Source: a virus
Virus record (IMG/VR): IMGVR_UViG_3300033075_000609
Location: 5,224 to 69,223 of that record
Length of the DNA stretch: 64,000 nt
Reading direction: 5' to 3' (one strand)
In this document: one piece after another, positions 37,129 through 45,617 of the stretch
Numbering within the stretch: position 1 is the stretch's first letter
How the letters are laid out: every line of letters begins with the position of its first letter
Made by a program: the position numbers and the translations under genes
Notes under the pieces: generated by a model
What the model was told of the DNA's origin: nothing
Database searches by the model: none
The model's input: the letters and a program-made list of their open reading frames with translations, nothing else

Positions 37129-39999
37129 ATGGCTAAATATATTGTAAAAAAAGGAGATAATCTTTCAACTATTGCTAAGAATAATGGAGTGAAATTAAAG
37201 GATATATTATCTATAAATAAAATAGATAATCCAGATTACATACAAATAGGTCAGAAAATTAATTTGCCCGATAATAAATCTAATTTCAAAGGGACTAATT
37301 ATACTCAGTTTTCAGATGATTATGATGCTACTCCTAAATGGAATAAAATCACTCCTAATGCTGGAAATAGTAAAACTATTAAATCTACTCTTAGTAAACA
37401 AGTTTTAAAGACTAAACCTGCTTCAGTAAAACAAAATGATGAAACTGGTTTTTTAGATTCTATGAAAAATAAAATCTATGAGACTTATCAAGATGTAACA
37501 ACTGCCATAGACCAACAAACATCTAAAAAAGTAGTTGCAAAACCAAAAGTTAAAATAGATGATTCTTTTATTGATTATGGTTATAAAGAATTAGGTACTT
37601 ATAAAGATGAAAGCTTTAAAGCAGGTAAAAAAGATTCTCTATTATCTGCTATGAATGTATTTGATAATGATAAAGGATTTGACTATATTGTATCACCTAA
37701 AGTAAAAGAAGGTAAAAAAACATTTAATAATGTAAAAGGAGTAGCACATTTTTTAATGGATACAGATATTACTCCTAATCAAAAATATACTACACCTTAT
37801 ATTGAAAAAGGAAATAATAGTGTAAAATCTGCTCAACCAGGAAAGTTTACTCCTTATTTAGGAACAAATCCTGATGATTATGTTATGTATTATAAAAATA
37901 CAGGTAATGATAAAATAAATGTAAAGTATGGACAATTAAAGGATAAAGATAAATATAAAGGATATGAACAAATAAAAGTCAGAAGTATTCCTTTTGGTGA
38001 CTTAGACTTTAATAATAAAAGAAGTGCAGGGTTTGCCAAAAAAGCTTCTTACATAGGAACTTTAGATGGTAAGCAAACTTCCATTATAACAGACCCAGAA
38101 TCTAATGATGTATATGGGAGATTTTCAGGGGGTTCAGGAATATTTCATTTTAAAGAACCTAAAACAGGTAAAACTATTTCTGTAGATGTATCAGGAAGTG
38201 TTAATACTATTAAAAAAGTTGGAGAAGAGTTATCTAAGAAATATAATGTTGATCCTAAACAATTACAATTTTTATATCATGACATGGGGAGCTATTCTGC
38301 TAAACCTAAAAGTCATAATGGAGTATTAAGTAATGAACAATGGCAAAATTATAATGTAAATAATAAAGGATACTCAGGAGCAGCATTAATGTATCCTATG
38401 GAATTTGGGGGTATGGCAGCATCTGATAATGTAGACATGGGTTATTATAGTAACCCTTTAAAATATTTTGCTGCTATGGGTATTAATATTTCAGATGATG
38501 ATTGTTTAGAATGTGGAGGTAAAGTTTATGCAAATAATGGGTTAAACATAGATTCAACCTTAAATGCAAATAAAAATCTTAATTGGGTACAAAGACTATA
38601 TCAAAAAAACACTCCTACTATTTTTTTACCAGGAGAATCCCATCCTTCTACACATTATATGGAAAATGCAGATGATTTTGTTTATCCTACAATAATACAA
38701 AACGAAGATGGAAAACTAGAATATTTAGGGGATAAAGCATATGATTACGCTATGAAAACTAATACAGCTATAAAATTTAAAACTCCTGAAGAAGCAGAAT
38801 ATTTTGCTAAAAATTATAAAAAAGGTAAAGGAGTATTAAAGAAATTTAATATGGGAGGAAAAATTACAGCAGAAACTATTTATTCTATGAGTAAACAACC
38901 AAAAGTTATTCTAACTCCTGATGATATCAAAGCAGAGACAGGATTTAATTGGCAAAAATATTTCCCAATGGAAAGGGATATTCCTATGGATACAATTTCT
39001 TCTTATAATAGAGATATAGATAGATTTGCGTGGAAAAATACGTTACAGAATTTACCAGACATTCAAAAACAACAACAAATACCTAATCAACAAATAGACA
39101 GTTCCTATTATACAACTAAAACTCCAAGAGGATATTTTAATGTGTATAATAAACAAAATCAATTAGTTGGTTATTCTATGGATAATAAAACAGTTATAAA
39201 ACAAGAACCTAATTTTGAAAAGGGAGGAATTATTCAAGCATGGATACAAAAATTTATAACAGGAGGTAAAGTTTATGCAGATGGGGGTGCAAATCCTTAT
39301 ATAGATCCTTATGCAGGAATGACAGAATTTAATCCAGAGGCACAAACTAATATGCAATCTATGCCTTTTCAAAAATTACAAACTCAACCTATAAATCAAA
39401 ATCTTAATAATTTACAACCAAAACAATTTAATACTCAAATGCAAGTTCCTCTTGCTCAAAGTAATATGCCACAAAATATAGGTACTAATTTTAAAACTTC
39501 TTTTGATGCATCAAATGATCAAGTTAATCAGGATAATGCACTGGCAGACTCTATGATGGGGGGAGAAGGAGGTGGAAAAGGTATGGATATAGGTAATAAA
39601 ATAGGAAGTGTAGCTTCTCAGGCAATGGGGGCAGTCACTAATTTTGGGAAAGCTGTGGCTAAACCTGATACTAAAGCATCTGCTTTTTTTAATGGAGCTG
39701 GAAAATCACTAGCTGTTACTGCTCCTTTAGTTGCAATTCCTGTAGTAGGGCAAGCAGCCTATGCTGCAAGTGCCTTAATATGGGGGTTTGTTAACATGCG
39801 AAAAAAAGCCATAGAACTTAAAGAAAAGAAAAAAATGACTGACTACTCTGAGTATGAAACTAGAAATACTCAAAGTGTAAATCAACCTTCTTATTATGGT
39901 CAATACATGGCTAAATATGGGGCTAATCCTAAAATGATGGAACAAAGAGTTATAGATGATATTTATTCTGATTTTGATAAATACATGAAATTAACTTAA
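37129..39999 (+). CDS. modular virion cargo protein with N-terminal LysM and C-terminal hydrophobic helices
   Basis: LysM YIVKKGDNLSTIA; repeated xxGG motifs; Gly/Ala-rich hydrophobic C-terminus. Confidence 0.7.
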   Translation: MAKYIVKKGDNLSTIAKNNGVKLKDILSINKIDNPDYIQIGQKINLPDNKSNFKGTNYTQFSDDYDATPKWNKITPNAGNSKTIKSTLSKQVLKTKPASVKQNDETGFLDSMKNKIYETYQDVTTAIDQQTSKKVVAKPKVKIDDSFIDYGYKELGTYKDESFKAGKKDSLLSAMNVFDNDKGFDYIVSPKVKEGKKTFNNVKGVAHFLMDTDITPNQKYTTPYIEKGNNSVKSAQPGKFTPYLGTNPDDYVMYYKNTGNDKINVKYGQLKDKDKYKGYEQIKVRSIPFGDLDFNNKRSAGFAKKASYIGTLDGKQTSIITDPESNDVYGRFSGGSGIFHFKEPKTGKTISVDVSGSVNTIKKVGEELSKKYNVDPKQLQFLYHDMGSYSAKPKSHNGVLSNEQWQNYNVNNKGYSGAALMYPMEFGGMAASDNVDMGYYSNPLKYFAAMGINISDDDCLECGGKVYANNGLNIDSTLNANKNLNWVQRLYQKNTPTIFLPGESHPSTHYMENADDFVYPTIIQNEDGKLEYLGDKAYDYAMKTNTAIKFKTPEEAEYFAKNYKKGKGVLKKFNMGGKITAETIYSMSKQPKVILTPDDIKAETGFNWQKYFPMERDIPMDTISSYNRDIDRFAWKNTLQNLPDIQKQQQIPNQQIDSSYYTTKTPRGYFNVYNKQNQLVGYSMDNKTVIKQEPNFEKGGIIQAWIQKFITGGKVYADGGANPYIDPYAGMTEFNPEAQTNMQSMPFQKLQTQPINQNLNNLQPKQFNTQMQVPLAQSNMPQNIGTNFKTSFDASNDQVNQDNALADSMMGGEGGGKGMDIGNKIGSVASQAMGAVTNFGKAVAKPDTKASAFFNGAGKSLAVTAPLVAIPVVGQAAYAASALIWGFVNMRKKAIELKEKKKMTDYSEYETRNTQSVNQPSYYGQYMAKYGANPKMMEQRVIDDIYSDFDKYMKLT

Positions 40000-40010
40000 A
40001 AGGTTATAAA

Positions 40011-40034
40011 TTAATTTCGTAAATTATAGTGATG
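40011..40034 (+). promoter_or_regulatory. putative phage late promoter, copy 2
   Basis: TTAATTTCG-TAAATTATAGTGATG, ending at the ATG of the next gene. Confidence 0.6.
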
Positions 40035-41903
40035 AAAGTAATTTCTACTAAAATAGTGAATGGTAAAAAAATGTTCTTAATTGAAGAGCCTACTAAACTA
40101 TTTGCTCAAAATGGCTTTTCAAGTAATCCTTATTATGTACCTATTCAAGGTTCTATATCTGACAATACAAAGACTAAATTAAGTCCAAAAAAAGAATTAT
40201 CCAAAGAAGAAATTAAACAATTACAAAAAAGCCCAACATCTGTAAAGAACATAAAAGCAAAAGAAGTTGAAGATAAAAATCAAAGATTAAAATTATCCGA
40301 ACAAGCTTATCAAAAAAGAAAAACTACTGGAATTCAATCATCTCAAGATTTAGCGAATGAAACAGGAGCAATAGGGGATAAAATAGCTTTACAAAATATA
40401 CCTTATGTTGGAAAATATATACCAAACATATTAGATGTTACTCAAGGAATAGGAAATATGGCTTCAGGATTAGGTAGAATTCCATTAAATTTAGAAAAAG
40501 GAAATTATGGTCAAGCTGCCCTAAGTGTAGCAATGCCATTAGGAGTTGGTGCTTTAGCAGGAGTAGGTGCTGAAAATACAGGACAGTTTGTGAATAATCT
40601 TGTTAATCCTTTAGCAGGAACAGGAGAATTAATAAATAACTTAGGAAATAAGTATTTACCAAATGTTTATAAATTAAATCCTTGGGCATTTAAACCTCAA
40701 GAAGGAATGATGTATAGAGGTGTAGGAGAACCTGCTATAACAGATGCAATTGAAAGTGGTATAATAAGACAAAATCCAAGTGGACGTTATTCTGGAACAG
40801 ATTTATTTGTATCACCTAATTACAACGTAGCTAACATGTACTCTACTAGCGCTAAATTAGCAGATAAGAATGTTAAAAAAGCTTTAATAGAAATACCTAA
40901 GGATGCTGCTAATTTTATTCAACATGATAAATTTGGATTTCATTTTAGAACAAGTGATGTTATTCCAACTTCTAAAGCTAAGTTATATAAACAAGATTGG
41001 CTAAAAGGATATAAAGAAGTCCCTAAACCTACAACACCAGAAGATTTAGTAGATTTATATAGAATACAAGAAAATGGGGCTAAATCATTTGCGCAGTTAG
41101 CAGCAGAAGGTAAAATACCTCAAGTATTCAATAAACCTGAAATATTAGCCAGAAAAGCGGAGGAAGAAAAATACTTTGGTCAATGGTTTACAAATGATAA
41201 AAATGATTTAGATTGGTATTTAAAAGACAGAGAATTTACAAACCCTGAAATTATTCATTTAAAAGTACCAAAATCTAAACTAAGTCAATACCAACAATAT
41301 GATAAAACATTAAGTCGTGCGCCTGATAGAGAGTTTGTTATTCCTTTTGAAGAACAAAAAATTTTTAAATCAGCAATAGGTAATAACGGAATGTTTAATA
41401 TGACTAATCCTTTAGCTGGAATAAAATTAAAAGCTAATTTACCTGAAGGAACAGTTATAAATGGAGTAAGTTTAAATCCTTTTAAAGGTAAGATTGATAA
41501 AAAAATAGAATTAATTCCTGTTCCATCTAAATTCAGAGGAGAAGATGCTTATAATATAAAATATGGCGATAAATTTATTGGAGATTTTGATTTTGAAAAA
41601 ATTAATGATAGGTATGTACCTTTTTCAATCTCAATAGATAAAGAATATAGAGGACAAGGATTAGGAAAAGAAGCTTACGAAGTAGCTAATAAATTACTTA
41701 AATCTCAAGGAAAAGGTTCATTACATAGTAGTGGATTTTTTATAGGAGATAATGCTAAACATGTGTGGAGATCTTTAGAAAAAACAGGAAAAGCTGAAAA
41801 AATTGGAGAAGATAGTTGGAAATTTTTAAAATTTGGAGGAACTGTAAAAGTTCTTGATACGAAAATAGAAAACAATAAAAAATATTATCTAATAAACGAA
41901 TAA
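40032..41903 (+). CDS. polyvalent cargo protein: two ART-like modules and a GNAT acetyltransferase
   Basis: MYRG..FVSP and LYR..WFT..REFVIP modules; YRGQGLGKEAY GNAT motif A. Confidence 0.65.
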   Translation: MKVISTKIVNGKKMFLIEEPTKLFAQNGFSSNPYYVPIQGSISDNTKTKLSPKKELSKEEIKQLQKSPTSVKNIKAKEVEDKNQRLKLSEQAYQKRKTTGIQSSQDLANETGAIGDKIALQNIPYVGKYIPNILDVTQGIGNMASGLGRIPLNLEKGNYGQAALSVAMPLGVGALAGVGAENTGQFVNNLVNPLAGTGELINNLGNKYLPNVYKLNPWAFKPQEGMMYRGVGEPAITDAIESGIIRQNPSGRYSGTDLFVSPNYNVANMYSTSAKLADKNVKKALIEIPKDAANFIQHDKFGFHFRTSDVIPTSKAKLYKQDWLKGYKEVPKPTTPEDLVDLYRIQENGAKSFAQLAAEGKIPQVFNKPEILARKAEEEKYFGQWFTNDKNDLDWYLKDREFTNPEIIHLKVPKSKLSQYQQYDKTLSRAPDREFVIPFEEQKIFKSAIGNNGMFNMTNPLAGIKLKANLPEGTVINGVSLNPFKGKIDKKIELIPVPSKFRGEDAYNIKYGDKFIGDFDFEKINDRYVPFSISIDKEYRGQGLGKEAYEVANKLLKSQGKGSLHSSGFFIGDNAKHVWRSLEKTGKAEKIGEDSWKFLKFGGTVKVLDTKIENNKKYYLINE

Positions 41904-41905
41904 TT

Positions 41906-44761
41906 ATGGCTCAAAGATGGGTAACAGAAGAAGAACTTATGCAAATGGAAAATAGATTTGAACAAGGTGGAACACCTGAACAAAATCCTTTACAGCAATT
42001 CTTTGAACAACTTCCTCCTGAATTACAGGAGAAAATTCAAATGTTATCTCCTGAAAAACAACAGGAAGTATTAATGGAATTGTTAACTAAATATAACAAT
42101 TCTCAACAAAATGTGGATAATAATCAACAATTTGCATTGGGGGGTAATACTCAATCTGTTCCTGTAGAAGCAGAAAGAAATGAAACTATTACTACACAAG
42201 ATGGAGAAGAACCTCAAGTAGAAGGGGGTTATTTAGAACAAAAATCTTATAACCCTGTTACAGGACAAGCAACCTATGAAATACCTGATAATGAACATAG
42301 TGAAACACATGAAAATGGTGGAGTAAATATGCAACTATCTGAAGGAGATGTAGTTAATTCAGATAAAACTAAAATTCCTGTAGATTTTAAAGTATATAAT
42401 AAAAATTTTAAAAATAAAACTTTTAAAGAAGCCAGTGATTATTTAGCTAAACAAGAAACTAAAATTCAAGATGATTTTGCAACTAATGTAAAAGAAGGTA
42501 AAACTGATAAAGTTTCTGATGGAGCATTACAAATAATGTTAGCTAAATTAGGAAAAAACAGGGATGAGTTGAATGAATTACAAGAACAGGTACTTGAATC
42601 TAAAAAACAAAAAGAAGTAAATGAATCTTTAAAATCAGGTTTAGCTGAATATGGAAAAGTAGTACTTGAAATGGATAAAGCAAAAGAAGGACTAAATGTT
42701 ACTCTTGATAGGTATTTAAATTATAAAGTAACTAATAGACCAGTAATAAAAGCTGCTGAAGGATTAAATGCTTCAATAGATAAATTTTCTAAATTTGCAG
42801 ATAAAGTATCTTCTAATCCGAAGGCATCTTTACAAGACATAATGACTGCTTATAGACAATCAGGTTTGAACTTTAATCCTAAAGATAATACTGTTTTTTA
42901 TAAACCTACTTTTCAACCTATTAATGGTTCTCAACTTGTAGGAGATTTTAAGTCTAAAATTGCTCAAAAAGAAACAGGAGCATATAAAAATCCATATATT
43001 GCTATAGCAGGTATAGATGAAAAAGAAGCATCTACCCATTCTTTTGATGAATTAAAATCAAAAGCAGCATCTTCAGGAATAGGTAAATATCAATTTATTT
43101 GGAATTTACATAAAGGAGATATTAAAAGAGTCACTGGTATCACTAAACCAGATGATTTTAGATATAATCCTGATGCTCAGGAAAAATTTATGGATTGGTT
43201 TAGGGATACTAAATTATTACCTCAAGCTACAGAGCTAAAACAAAAATATCAACTACCGATGTCTATAGATCAAATAATGGCAATGACACATTTAGAAGGT
43301 AAAGCAGGACTTGAAAAGAAAATAAAATCAGGTACACTTAAAACTTCTACAATGGCAAATAACTTTAAAAATGCTTCTCCTTTAGATTATGCTTCTAAAT
43401 TTAAAGAAGGAGGTAAAATATATGCTAATGGGGGAAATAAAATAGATTTTACAAAAGTAAGTGATTTTAATAAACAAAATTGGGATGATTTAAATAAACA
43501 AGCTCAAGAACATTTTGGAAGAACTTTTGAAAATCCTGGACAATATCAAGATTATATGTTAAAAAACTATTCTGATTTAGTAAAAACTATGTTCGATAAA
43601 GGGTTTTGGAGTAATACTAATCAAGGAGAGACTGTTCCTACTTCAACTATTCCTTTTGATGATAAGGAATTATATCATGCTTTTAGGGATAATAAATATA
43701 ATAGAAGAGGATTCATACCCCAAACAAAAATATTTGATGATATATCTTCCTATCAAAAATACATTAATGGTAAACAAAAAGTAGGAGGAAATTATTATTT
43801 TGATCCTGAATTAAATACTTGGGTAAGTCCTGACATTAATGAAAATTATTATAGTCAACAATCTCAAACTCCTACATCCACAGCAGTTCCTGCAATAGAT
43901 AATAGAAATAATTTAAATCGTTCTAAATTAAGAATACCTTCTGATAATGAAGAAGTTGTAGATGAAAATCAAACTACTGTTCCTACTACTACTACTACTC
44001 AAGGAGATAAAACTTCATGGATGGATAAATTAAAATATGGAATGAGAGAGTCTTTACCTTATCTTAGAAATCTTGCTTTAATGAGAGAGGAACAGTTTAA
44101 TCCAGTATTACAACAAAAATCCTATCAAAATCCTTATGATAATTTTAATGCAGATTTTAGTATTCAATCTGCTCTTAATGATGTAGATAGAAATACTTTG
44201 ACAGCAACTTCAGATGAAAGAGGAAATCCTTCTGTTAGAAGTGCAAGATTGGCTCAGATAGCAGCAAATGCTATAGCAGCTAAAGCTCCTTTATATACTC
44301 AAAAGTATAATATGGATCAACAGCTTCAGAATCAAAAAGTTGTAGGACAATCTCAATATTTGAATCAATGGGAAGATATTAACAGAGGGTTAAGAAAAGA
44401 TTTTGAACATGAGGTATTACAAACAAGAGAAGTTCAACGTCAACAAAAAGCTATGGCTATAGATAATATGATGAATACTTATCTTAGAAAAGCAGAAGAA
44501 GATCAAGCTCTTAAACTTGCTCTTGCAAATACTAACTGGGATTGGGATAAATTTAAACAAGAACTTATTAATAATCCTGAAAAAGCAAGAGCAGAATTTA
44601 TGAGACAACAATACATTGCAAAAAATTCTCCTACCCAAAGTAATTATACTATGTCAGATGATTATTATATAGATAATAAGGGTATACCTCGAAAAAAGCC
44701 CTCAAAAAAAGATGAAGAGGAAAATAGAGGAAAATATGGATTAAAAGTAAAAAAATCCTAA
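41906..44761 (+). CDS. virion cargo protein with a lysozyme/transglycosylase-like domain
   Basis: VEAERNE...HENGGV...SDK cargo-type motif; IAQKETG...SSGIGKYQF...NPDAQEKFM. Confidence 0.7.
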   Translation: MAQRWVTEEELMQMENRFEQGGTPEQNPLQQFFEQLPPELQEKIQMLSPEKQQEVLMELLTKYNNSQQNVDNNQQFALGGNTQSVPVEAERNETITTQDGEEPQVEGGYLEQKSYNPVTGQATYEIPDNEHSETHENGGVNMQLSEGDVVNSDKTKIPVDFKVYNKNFKNKTFKEASDYLAKQETKIQDDFATNVKEGKTDKVSDGALQIMLAKLGKNRDELNELQEQVLESKKQKEVNESLKSGLAEYGKVVLEMDKAKEGLNVTLDRYLNYKVTNRPVIKAAEGLNASIDKFSKFADKVSSNPKASLQDIMTAYRQSGLNFNPKDNTVFYKPTFQPINGSQLVGDFKSKIAQKETGAYKNPYIAIAGIDEKEASTHSFDELKSKAASSGIGKYQFIWNLHKGDIKRVTGITKPDDFRYNPDAQEKFMDWFRDTKLLPQATELKQKYQLPMSIDQIMAMTHLEGKAGLEKKIKSGTLKTSTMANNFKNASPLDYASKFKEGGKIYANGGNKIDFTKVSDFNKQNWDDLNKQAQEHFGRTFENPGQYQDYMLKNYSDLVKTMFDKGFWSNTNQGETVPTSTIPFDDKELYHAFRDNKYNRRGFIPQTKIFDDISSYQKYINGKQKVGGNYYFDPELNTWVSPDINENYYSQQSQTPTSTAVPAIDNRNNLNRSKLRIPSDNEEVVDENQTTVPTTTTTQGDKTSWMDKLKYGMRESLPYLRNLALMREEQFNPVLQQKSYQNPYDNFNADFSIQSALNDVDRNTLTATSDERGNPSVRSARLAQIAANAIAAKAPLYTQKYNMDQQLQNQKVVGQSQYLNQWEDINRGLRKDFEHEVLQTREVQRQQKAMAIDNMMNTYLRKAEEDQALKLALANTNWDWDKFKQELINNPEKARAEFMRQQYIAKNSPTQSNYTMSDDYYIDNKGIPRKKPSKKDEEENRGKYGLKVKKS

Positions 44762-44784
44762 CTTAAAATATTAATTTGGTTAAG

Positions 44785-44837
44785 TCCATTTAATTCCTTA
44801 AATTATAGTGATGGAATTAAATGGATTTTCCATTTAA
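44785..44837 (+). promoter_or_regulatory. promoter-motif copy 3 inside a 13-bp inverted repeat, with an alternative 9-bp hairpin
   Basis: TCCATTTAATTCC (44785-44797) / GGAATTAAATGGA (44813-44825); motif at 44790-44813; TTAAATGGA / TCCATTTAA (44817-44825 / 44829-44837). Confidence 0.7.
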
Positions 44838-44871
44838 AACACTAACTAAAAATGATTAAAAATAACTATAT

Positions 44872-45615
44872 ATGATTAAAAAAGAAAAAATATCTGGGAT
44901 TTACATGATTTTAAATATAATCAATGGTAAATTTTATATAGGATCGTCTGTAAATGTTGATAATCGTATATTAAAACACAAACATTCATTAAATAATGGA
45001 AAACATCATTCTAAATATCTTCAGGCAGCTTGGAATAAATATGGAGAAAATAATTTTATATTTCAATTAGTAGAACAATGTAAAATTGAAGATTGTTTAA
45101 AAAGAGAGCAAATTTGGTTAGATTTTCATCAAGTATATAAATCTGAAATAGGTTACAATATTGTTAATATAGCAGGAAGAACTACAGGATATAAACATAG
45201 CTTAGAAACAATTAAAAAATTTTCCAAAACTATCAAAGAAAGAAACTTAAATATGACCAAAGCAGAGAGACAAAATATTTATGGCAAAGGTAGAAAAGAC
45301 AAATCTATATCTGATGAACATCATAGTAGATTACAAGAGGGGTTACTTAAATCAGGTTGGCTATCTTCTGATAGAAAAAAAGAAATAATAAAAAAATCTA
45401 ATTTTGAAAAAATATCAAAACCTATATTGCAGTATGATTTAAATGGTAATTTTATAGCTGAATTTCATAATGCTCGTTTAGCTGGGGAGTCATTAGGATT
45501 AACTGGTACTAAATATAGGGCTATAAATAATACTGCTTTAAATAGTAAATGGCATAAAAATAGATTTACAGCTTATGGTTTTATTTGGAAATATAAAAAC
45601 AATATAAATATATAA
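44872..45615 (+). CDS. GIY-YIG homing endonuclease with NUMOD3/NUMOD1-type modules
   Basis: SGIYMI...FYIGSS...R..KH; GYKHSLET; KPILQYDLNGNFI; TAYGFIWKY. Confidence 0.9.
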   Translation: MIKKEKISGIYMILNIINGKFYIGSSVNVDNRILKHKHSLNNGKHHSKYLQAAWNKYGENNFIFQLVEQCKIEDCLKREQIWLDFHQVYKSEIGYNIVNIAGRTTGYKHSLETIKKFSKTIKERNLNMTKAERQNIYGKGRKDKSISDEHHSRLQEGLLKSGWLSSDRKKEIIKKSNFEKISKPILQYDLNGNFIAEFHNARLAGESLGLTGTKYRAINNTALNSKWHKNRFTAYGFIWKYKNNINI

Positions 45616-45617
45616 AT

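Noticed and set aside
28013-45615. GIY-YIG ORFs as parts of group I introns
   Set aside because: Flanking genes look complete and there is too little non-coding sequence for a ribozyme core
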